Source of the DNA: an uncultured virus (IMG/VR IMGVR_UViG_3300032516_007629)
Taxonomy: Duplodnaviria; Heunggongvirae; Uroviricota; Caudoviricetes
Length of the DNA: 20,000 nucleotides
Direction: 5' to 3' (one strand)
IMG/VR virus record: IMGVR_UViG_3300032516_007629
Positions 10,204-16,703 of the stretch are shown one piece after another. The notes under the pieces are model-generated. The model was given only the letters and a program-made list of their open reading frames with translations. It did no database searches and was not told the DNA's origin. The position numbers and the translations under genes are program-made. How positions within the stretch are numbered: the first letter of the stretch is position 1; each line of letters begins with the position of its first letter.

Positions 10204-10665
10204 TTAGCCTCTAATATGTTGTCTAAATAATAGCATAAGCTTTTTTCTGTCCTCTGGGCGCACAATATGCTTCGTATCCCAGAGGAGCGTCACGATAACT
10301 TTAGGAGCCATCTCCTTGAAAAAAGCTAACCAACTATCGTCGGTTAAATTAAAAGGATCTGTCCTCTGCATCGCCTGCTCAAAGGCAGCCATGAGATCCC
10401 TTAAATGCACAAAATTTGTACTAGCCTTCTTAGTGGTCTTTCCGTAATCGAATTGATCCTCACCCAAAGACACACCGTCAAATCTACGAGCCTTCTTTGG
10501 CTTGTTCGCCTTGTTCGGTTTGAAAGGTGCAATATGACCCTTGCCCTTAAGTGGAGTGGACTTCTTTCCCTTCGCAGGTTTTATCTTAGCCTTATCCTTG
10601 CGGGGGGTAGATTCCGTCCCATCCTTGCGGATATAAGCCTCTACTTTTTCTAAAAAACTAGTCAT
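10204..10665 (-). CDS. Hypothetical protein with Lys-rich N-terminal half
   Basis: 153 aa, start overlaps the upstream stop; AAGG RBS-like site. Confidence 0.75.
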   Translation of the reverse strand: MTSFLEKVEAYIRKDGTESTPRKDKAKIKPAKGKKSTPLKGKGHIAPFKPNKANKPKKARRFDGVSLGEDQFDYGKTTKKASTNFVHLRDLMAAFEQAMQRTDPFNLTDDSWLAFFKEMAPKVIVTLLWDTKHIVRPEDRKKLMLLFRQHIRG

Positions 10666-11176
10666 TCTTTTTCACCTTAGCCGGAAACACTACATGATGC
10701 ATGCGGCAGTATTTGGCAGGTCTTCCCCCCACAAGTTTAATATCTGAGGTAGCAATCTTACAGATGGGACAATATTCGTTAGAATCTACCGAAGCTTTTT
10801 TAGCCTCCACATTCTTCTGTGTTGAATATCTATTGAATAGTTTATCAATAACTGTCCCAGAAGCTAGCACTGATTCGGGTTCACCAGAATAATAAATATC
10901 AGCAGCTACACTTTCTATTGCATCACGAGTTTTATCCTTGTAACGACGCTCTAATACAGATGCAATTGTTTCTTTTTTAAGCACACCACCTCCAATACCA
11001 AAAGGATCTAAATCTTCAATTGTTACGGGTCCTCCAGGTACACCCTCTAAGTAATACTTATTCTTCTTCCCCGCCCCCTGATCCTCTTCGTCTAAAACAT
11101 CATACCACTTACCTTTGTATTTAGCTTTCCAGGGTTTACTACTGCTATACGGTTTTTTTAACGCGGATGAAGGCAT
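10658..11176 (-). CDS. Hypothetical protein with C-terminal zinc ribbon
   Basis: 172 aa; CPIC-x17-CRMH at the C-terminus; starts 1 nt after the upstream stop. Confidence 0.75.
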   Translation of the reverse strand: MPSSALKKPYSSSKPWKAKYKGKWYDVLDEEDQGAGKKNKYYLEGVPGGPVTIEDLDPFGIGGGVLKKETIASVLERRYKDKTRDAIESVAADIYYSGEPESVLASGTVIDKLFNRYSTQKNVEAKKASVDSNEYCPICKIATSDIKLVGGRPAKYCRMHHVVFPAKVKKND

Positions 11177-11177
11177 A

Positions 11178-12170
11178 CTACCCTACTTTTTGTTGTGGAC
11201 CTAAACCTGTTGCTTTAAGTATTGCTGCAAAAGCAGGTTCGGTAAGTTTAACTTTATTTTCTACAACTTTAACCTTAACTAAAGAGCCGAGCATCTGTTT
11301 AACCTTTAAAGGCTTAAGAAGAACATCTTGTATTTCTTTAGGCATATTATCATGCTCAAGTTTGTCTATAACCACTACAACATCAAAGCCCTTTAGAGCC
11401 AGTTTCTCGATAGCTTTAATGCGCCTTAAATCACTAGGAGCGCCGGGTTCCAGTACACGTTGAAAACGCCGTCCATCCTTGTCATCCGCCAAAAGATGAA
11501 TCCTAATCTTGTGATTTTTCTTATCCATAGCTTCGATATAGTCATCATGGGCAATCAAATCTGATCTGGTATTTATAGTTAAAGGCTTGCCTTTATGCTT
11601 TTCTAGTAATTTTAATGTGACTTTATACTTACTATCCATCCATATAAAAGGATCCGATCCACCCATTGGTACGTCTTTACCTAGAGTTCCTTTTAGATCT
11701 TCTACTTTGCGAGGTAACGGATGTGGTAAGCCTTCTTCTTTTTCGCTAATTCTCCAGGCAGCGTTGTGAATATCTCCAAAATACGGCTCGTGATGACTTT
11801 CTTTGATGATTTTAGTCAAAAACTCTTTACCGTTTTCAACGTCAGAAAATCTGTCTATCAACCCGTCTAGTGCTTCTTGATCTATCCAGTCTTGGTCTTT
11901 AAGAAGGCTTTTGAGTTTGGAGACGCGCTTTGTTTTTTCTACGAGTAGGCTCTTGTCTACACTTTTTCTAAAAGCTTCTGGGACAATAACTTTATTGTCT
12001 TTTACACTATATTTTGGTTTGTTTGACGGGGGGTCGTCTTTAAACTCGACACCGTGACGAATGGGTTTATTATTGCGCAAACCCTCTTTGATGTCTTCTT
12101 TGGTAGGCTGGTTTTTAGCTCGCTCACGATCAGAGATAATTTTAGCAACGATTTTCGATATAAAACGCAT
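11178..12170 (-). CDS. Protein with a degenerate spore-photoproduct-lyase-like (Rv2578c-type) radical SAM barrel, lacking the Fe-S motif
   Basis: 330 aa. C-terminal half has GxSDPF, TLKLLE, INTRSDLI, RVLEPGAPS..RRIKAIEKL..GFDVVVVI, colinear with the SPL-like family pattern. The protein contains no Cys. AAGGAG RBS. Confidence 0.65.
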   Translation of the reverse strand: MRFISKIVAKIISDRERAKNQPTKEDIKEGLRNNKPIRHGVEFKDDPPSNKPKYSVKDNKVIVPEAFRKSVDKSLLVEKTKRVSKLKSLLKDQDWIDQEALDGLIDRFSDVENGKEFLTKIIKESHHEPYFGDIHNAAWRISEKEEGLPHPLPRKVEDLKGTLGKDVPMGGSDPFIWMDSKYKVTLKLLEKHKGKPLTINTRSDLIAHDDYIEAMDKKNHKIRIHLLADDKDGRRFQRVLEPGAPSDLRRIKAIEKLALKGFDVVVVIDKLEHDNMPKEIQDVLLKPLKVKQMLGSLVKVKVVENKVKLTEPAFAAILKATGLGPQQKVG

Positions 12171-12219
12171 AAAGGCTCCTTGTAAGATTACATTGAATCT
12201 TAATCGGAGCTACAAACGG

Positions 12220-12257
12220 AAAAACCCGCTTTAAGGAGCGACCCCTAAAGCGAGTTT
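12220..12257 (-). terminator. Second intrinsic-terminator-like hairpin
   Basis: - strand AAACUCGCUUUAGGGG-UCGC-UCCUUAAAGCGGGUUU(UU): 16-bp stem with three G-U pairs that form only on the - strand. Confidence 0.65.
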
Positions 12258-12289
12258 AAAAAAACACGGAGGGGTTAGCCTCCGTGTTT
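12258..12289 (-). terminator. Intrinsic terminator, probable 3' end of the candidate ncRNA
   Basis: Perfect 11-bp inverted repeat AAACACGGAGG (12262-12272) / CCTCCGTGTTT (12279-12289), ending in a U7 tract on the - strand. Confidence 0.8.
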
Positions 12290-12292
12290 CAG

Positions 12293-12379
12293 TGATCTTT
12301 AACGGAATCAACCGAAGGGTAAATTGGCACCCTCTCCTGATGTTTTAAGGGAATCACCCTAAGGGTAAAAGGTACCCTC
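12293..12379. repeat. Two imperfect 42-nt tandem repeats
   Basis: 12293-12334 tgatctttaacggaatcaaccgaagggtaaattggcaccctc versus 12338-12379 tgatgttttaagggaatcaccctaagggtaaaaggtaccctc. Confidence 0.85.
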
Positions 12380-13138
12380 ACCTAAAAGTCATAGTCTTGT
12401 CACCAAGGCTGCGGCTTTTGATTTTTTTACGAGGTGATCTCCTCGCTGACAAAGGTTGCCCTTTGTGGGTTTTTTACACAGTTTCCTTCTGTGAAGAGGA
12501 AGGCAAGGCGCTTAGCCTTTGCTCTGCCTCCCCCGTCCTTGGCATTCAGGTAGACCTCCAAGGCGGTCTCGGGATGACGGATGTTAACCGATTAACATGT
12601 TTTCCCGCGTTTCAGTCCGTTGCAAACTAGACTCCGTTCGTTACCTTTTTGTTTGAGGAGTTTTCTCTCCGTGTGGAGCGTTGTCCTATAAGAGAGCTAC
12701 TCTTATAGAGATTCTATCCACACATTCTAAACTCAAAGAGTTTCCGCTATCATCCCCCTAATCAGGTTTCACACGAGCAGCATGAAGCCTTAGCCGAAGC
12801 TCAGGGCGGTTCCTTTTAATGTCTTGACCTGGACAGATTTTTTCAACAAGTTTCTCTTCTTGTGTAGACAGCTAGATATGCCTACCTTTGAGCCATTGCT
12901 GATCGTATTACTGCGTCTCCTTGAATAATCGATACCTCATCATAAGATATCTGGCTTCTTGGATCCTATTAGTGGGTAGGTGCTACCCTTTACCCCGATC
13001 AGGAGATTTTTTTTAGCTCATCCCAAAGAGCCTCGTTGGTTTGCACCGCCGACACAGAAGGTTCTACAGAACCATCCTGCCGATGGCAAGCGTAAATGTA
13101 TCTTCGTACATTTTTTCTTCGTGGTTAAATTTTGCACA

Positions 13139-13744
13139 TTAATCAGTTTTAGCTCCTAAAAGGATTTCATCACTCAACTGCAAGGTAAGATCCTTTATGG
13201 CTGCTTGCTGTGCCGCTGTAATCGTCACCTCATCGAACCAAGCAATCGACAAAAATCCAATCATGTCGTGCTTACTTGAAAAAATACCTCGTATTAAAGC
13301 GGATTTCGCACCGCCGTAGCGCAGCAAGCCTTTAAAATAAGAATCCTGTAAGAGATCGTCACTCGAATAAAAAACTGTGGAGATTTTCAAAATCTCATCC
13401 GTAACACCTAATAGATACCCAATAGGAATATTCTGGTGAGTTGCTTCAAAAGGAATACCTACACCACGGTTGAGTACAAAATGCGTCATGGATGCTTTTT
13501 GTATTGAACCACCTGATACATAGTGATCTCCGTTATGGAATTGATAGAGTTGAACTCTATCTGCATCACAATAGCTTCTTATTTCTGCTAGAAGCTGCTT
13601 TATCATTAAATTCTCTCGGATACTGCGCTTGATAGTTTTTTTCTTAAGGTAATTTTTAGCGCTTCTCGCCCATACCGCTATTACCCCAAGCAACACACCA
13701 GACAATACCTGACCCAATCCTATCCAAAATTCAGACAATTCCAA
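13139..13744 (-). CDS. Membrane-anchored GAF-like domain protein, probable T4 gpT-type holin
   Basis: 201 aa, TTG start. One N-terminal hydrophobic helix (FWIGLGQVLSGVLLGVIAVW), then a GAF-like pattern ADRVQLYQFHNG..GAKSALIRGI..IGFLSIAW. Confidence 0.6.
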   Translation of the reverse strand: MELSEFWIGLGQVLSGVLLGVIAVWARSAKNYLKKKTIKRSIRENLMIKQLLAEIRSYCDADRVQLYQFHNGDHYVSGGSIQKASMTHFVLNRGVGIPFEATHQNIPIGYLLGVTDEILKISTVFYSSDDLLQDSYFKGLLRYGGAKSALIRGIFSSKHDMIGFLSIAWFDEVTITAAQQAAIKDLTLQLSDEILLGAKTD

Positions 13745-13758
13745 GGAGTACCCTTTCT

Positions 13759-14034
13759 TTAACGCATATGTGGATGTTCTTTTTTATGGCAATTTTCACA
13801 AATCGTCTTGAGGTTAAGTAAGAAATCTCCGCCCCCACGACTCTTACTTACAATATGATGGGCATGCAGCGTGGCAGTTCCACCAGCTAGCTTACCCCTA
13901 GCTCCACACTCCGTACACGCATACCCGTCACGGCGCTTACACTCCTCTGATAAATTCCTCCATGCAGATTTATCCCCACTGCAATATTCTGGAAATTTCC
14001 ATTTAGTGCGCCGCTTATAAAGAGGTTGACCCAT
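13759..14034 (-). CDS. Small HNH endonuclease
   Basis: 91 aa; RRDGYACTECG..LHAHHIVSKSRGG..NLKTICENCHKKEH is a canonical Zn-binding HNH signature. AAGGAG RBS. Confidence 0.9.
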   Translation of the reverse strand: MGQPLYKRRTKWKFPEYCSGDKSAWRNLSEECKRRDGYACTECGARGKLAGGTATLHAHHIVSKSRGGGDFLLNLKTICENCHKKEHPHMR

Positions 14035-14087
14035 CTAGCTCCTTGATATTAGAGTATACACCTAATCTTTAATTATGAGAACATCCC

Positions 14088-14633
14088 ATGCACTATACTG
14101 GAATCGGCTCTAGAGACGTACCCGAGGTCTACCAAAACATACTAAGAACTATCGCCAAGTCTCTCGCTGAAAAAGGTTACACCCTCCGCTCAGGAGGAGC
14201 AAAAGGCGCAGATACTGCTTTTGAAGAGGGCGCTTTAGACGCTAAAGGGAAAATGGAAATATACCTCCCATGGGGCAAGTTTAACGGTAGAAGCGATAAA
14301 GAAGATGGGTACTATTCCACTAGAGATTCGCATTACGATTTTTACAAAAAAGCAAAAGAAGTAGCCGCCAAATTTCATCCGGCGTGGGACAATCTAAATG
14401 ATGGCTCTAAAATGCTCCACACGCGCAATGTCCACCAAATTTTAGGACTCGACGTAGAAACCCCTAGCAAGTTTCTAATCTGCTACTCCGAAGCCAACGC
14501 ACCCTATAAAGAAGGATTCGTAGGAGGTACCGGACAAGCCCTGCGCATAGCGACTAGCCTCAAACTTCCCATCTACAACTTGGCAAATGAAGAATTAGCT
14601 AGGCAATGCCTAGAGATGCTTAAAACTATTTAG
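14088..14633 (+). CDS. SLOG-superfamily (DprA/Smf-like Rossmann) protein
   Basis: 181 aa; YTGIGSR, LRSGGAKGAD, RN, and GGTGQALRIA..PIYNL motifs. Confidence 0.85.
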   Translation: MHYTGIGSRDVPEVYQNILRTIAKSLAEKGYTLRSGGAKGADTAFEEGALDAKGKMEIYLPWGKFNGRSDKEDGYYSTRDSHYDFYKKAKEVAAKFHPAWDNLNDGSKMLHTRNVHQILGLDVETPSKFLICYSEANAPYKEGFVGGTGQALRIATSLKLPIYNLANEELARQCLEMLKTI

Positions 14634-14820
14634 ACCAGTTTTTTAAGCTGATGATCTCAGGCTCGTACACTTTAGTGACGGCACGCATCATCTGATAAGA
14701 ACCTTGACCAAATTCAATGTGACTTCGCGCATGTTCCACCACAAGGAAAAGCTCTTTAAGAAGCTGCTTATCTTCTTCGTTTAGCTTCTCGCTAAGCTTT
14801 TCTATTCGTTGGTGGAGCAT
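14626..14820 (-). CDS. Small hypothetical protein
   Basis: 64 aa; ATG coupled to the upstream stop (TAATG). Confidence 0.6.
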   Translation of the reverse strand: MLHQRIEKLSEKLNEEDKQLLKELFLVVEHARSHIEFGQGSYQMMRAVTKVYEPEIISLKNWSK

Positions 14821-15140
14821 TATAGCGAAATCTTATCTGCAAATTTCTTCTCTAAAGAATAAGGAGAAATATTCCCATGATCGGAGATCATCCAAATATT
14901 GGGTGCCCATTTATTTTTGTTGATCCAATCGACGATAGCTTTTTCTGCCGCATCGTGACTGTTAAACGTGCCAATATGCTTATGCCCCACAGACACATTT
15001 AACTTAGAGCCTAATTGTCCCGTTGGTTCAATGAAAATATCGTCATCATCCGGCTCATCTTCACTTACTTCATGCTCTTCATGCTCTTCCTCCAGAGCAA
15101 CGATCGCATACTTATCGCGGATAATTTTTAGAAAAGACAT
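14820..15140 (-). CDS. Acidic hypothetical protein (106 aa; start re-called to 15140)
   Basis: AAGGAG at 15147-15152 precedes ATG at 15140 (MSFLKIIRDKY...). The track's longer start at 15398 overlaps the opposite-strand HNH gene. Confidence 0.75.
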   Translation of the reverse strand: MSFLKIIRDKYAIVALEEEHEEHEVSEDEPDDDDIFIEPTGQLGSKLNVSVGHKHIGTFNSHDAAEKAIVDWINKNKWAPNIWMISDHGNISPYSLEKKFADKISL

Positions 15141-15240
15141 TAACGGCTCCTTAAAATAATGAATCTTACAACAAAAAGAATTTGCAGCACAAACAAGTAA
15201 AAGTTTCTTTGGTAAAAAACGAAAAAAAGTAGAAGCAGGA

Positions 15241-15846
15241 ATGGAATTTGGAAAATTAACAACTATAAGCCCTTGTCGAGTATTTGGTGGAAAATACCCA
15301 GGTTGGCTATGTAAATGCGAATGTGGAAACTTTGCTGAAATAAGAACTAGTAACTTCACATCCGGACACGTAAAGAGTTGCGGATGTTTGCGCCACACTT
15401 GTAATGCTTACACGGATCCTAAAGAAGCTTCATGGAATAAATTTAAGTCTATCTATGAGCAAGGAGCTAAAAAGCGATCCTTGAGTTGGGAACTCGATGT
15501 CAAATTGTTTAGACTCCTGACTATTTCTAACTGCTATTTTTGTGGTTCCCTTCCGTATAAAATATTTACTGCATATGAGATAAAGAGTGGTAAGAGATTT
15601 CATGGGGTTTCAGGTCCTAGGTTAGAGCAATCTAAAATTGTGGTTAATGGAATTGATAGACTAGATAACAATATTGGATATACTACAGAAAATTCTGTGC
15701 CTTGCTGTAGTATTTGTAATTTTGCTAAGAGAGATCTGGATTTAACTATTTTTGAGTCGTGGTTAGATACCATCACAGAATTTAGAATAAAAAAGAGGGT
15801 GGGAATTGATTTCCCACCCTCTTTCCTTGAAAGAAAAATTGCTTAG
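15241..15846 (+). CDS. Free-standing HNH-type homing endonuclease-like protein
   Basis: FGKLT..WLCKCECG..SCGC N-terminal module, then CYFCG..GIDRLDNNIGYTTENSVPCCSICNFAK nuclease core. Start codon uncertain. Confidence 0.85.
   Translation: MEFGKLTTISPCRVFGGKYPGWLCKCECGNFAEIRTSNFTSGHVKSCGCLRHTCNAYTDPKEASWNKFKSIYEQGAKKRSLSWELDVKLFRLLTISNCYFCGSLPYKIFTAYEIKSGKRFHGVSGPRLEQSKIVVNGIDRLDNNIGYTTENSVPCCSICNFAKRDLDLTIFESWLDTITEFRIKKRVGIDFPPSFLERKIA
15789..15824 (-). terminator. Intrinsic terminator of the 244-aa gene, lying within the 3' end of the opposite-strand HNH ORF
   Basis: Perfect 14-bp inverted repeat AAAGAGGGTGGGAA (15792-15805) / TTCCCACCCTCTTT (15811-15824), 18 nt after the 244-aa stop, with a U-tract on the - strand. 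Confidence 0.85.
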
Positions 15847-16577
15847 TTATTCCACTCCACGCCTAACATCATCGCGCCACTTGTAGGCGTGACACCGATT
15901 TGCGGGGCATACACGACATGTCCACCAGGAACCACGGGACCAACACCACCTGTGGTAAGGATACCGCCCGCACCTAGCGTGATCGCTCCAGCAGCAACAT
16001 TAGTCCAGTCAACACTTTGATCGTAGAAGGCAGTGTAGAGACGACCTTTGCCTTTCATCACACCAACTTGACCGAAGTAGTTAGGGTCAGGATAGTTGGT
16101 AGGAGCTTGGTAGTAGAAAGTTTGCGCTTGCGCAACAGTCAAATTCCAACGGTAGTAAATTTTCATTTGCAATCCCGCTTCAGCAGCGTTGAACGTCAAC
16201 AAGCCGTTGATATAATCCACTTGCACTTGACCTGGGAGAGGCGCAACGACAACCACAAGCAAATCTGAATTGGTTAACACATTATGCACACGAAGCTGAC
16301 CGGCAAGCAAGTTGTTCCACTGAAGCTGAATCGTGTAAGGAGCAGCACCAGGAACCGTATCTAGTTCCACGAATGGTGCAGTCGCGTAGCTCAACTGACG
16401 AAACGAGGCGAAACCAGCAAAAGTCTCACCTGCAAGACCAGCCGAAGGCTTAACATATTCAACGCCGCCAATTAATACACTGACCAATCCGCAACCTTCT
16501 TCCGTAACTCCACTGCCAACCGCAATTGGGGTCGAGTCTACTCTTTCTTGATATGTCTTACGAAGATCAATAGCCAT
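15843..16577 (-). CDS. Virion structural protein, probable head decoration/minor capsid protein
   Basis: 244 aa, beta/Gly-rich. EEGxGLV..YVKPSAG.AGE.FAGF and C-terminal LGVE resemble decoration proteins of large myoviruses. Strong AAGGAG RBS and its own terminator. Confidence 0.6.
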   Translation of the reverse strand: MAIDLRKTYQERVDSTPIAVGSGVTEEGCGLVSVLIGGVEYVKPSAGLAGETFAGFASFRQLSYATAPFVELDTVPGAAPYTIQLQWNNLLAGQLRVHNVLTNSDLLVVVVAPLPGQVQVDYINGLLTFNAAEAGLQMKIYYRWNLTVAQAQTFYYQAPTNYPDPNYFGQVGVMKGKGRLYTAFYDQSVDWTNVAAGAITLGAGGILTTGGVGPVVPGGHVVYAPQIGVTPTSGAMMLGVEWNN

Positions 16578-16629
16578 TTTATAACTCCTTATCTAAATTG
16601 TGGGAGAAAAGTATTCTCTCCCGATGCAA

Positions 16630-16639
16630 TTAATCTATG
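16630..16639 (-). promoter_or_regulatory. Candidate late-promoter motif CATAGATTAA (identical copy at 5604-5613)
   Basis: The same 10-mer lies ~50 nt upstream of both the decoration and sheath genes. Core GATTAA also occurs at 2174, 8317, 8330, 12200 and 13139. Confidence 0.5.
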
Positions 16640-16703
16640 CAGCACTTTCATTTATTTTTAAAAACGATTACAATGTTAATAACGATTACCATAGAGGAGA
16701 AAA

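Larger units (their letters stand above)
12258..13120 (-). ncRNA. Candidate large (~850 nt) highly structured non-coding RNA, class unassigned; boundaries approximate
   Basis: No credible ORF across ~970 bp in an otherwise tightly packed region. About 20 hairpins found by eye, with cUUCGg, GCAA and GUGA tetraloops, G-U pairs and A-rich linkers on the - strand. Upstream GATTAA motif and downstream terminators. Confidence 0.7.

Noticed and set aside
12293..12379. CRISPR mini-array
   Set aside because: Only two imperfect units, separated by 3 nt with no spacer, and no cas genes in the window.
12397..12630. 77-aa + strand ORF in the large gap
   Set aside because: TTG start, no clear RBS, no recognisable motif; it covers only a quarter of the gap, which is better explained by RNA structure.
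12171..13138. Group I/II intron, tmRNA, RNase P RNA or tRNA as the identity of the gap
   Set aside because: No group II domain V, no tRNA-like T-loop or acceptor ends, no RNase P GAGGAAAGUCC. AAAGTCATAGTC (12385-12396) resembles a group I S element but has no upstream R partner, and the flanking genes appear intact.
15141..15398. N-terminal extension of the 192-aa ORF call
   Set aside because: Overlaps the + strand HNH gene; a strong RBS supports the ATG at 15140.
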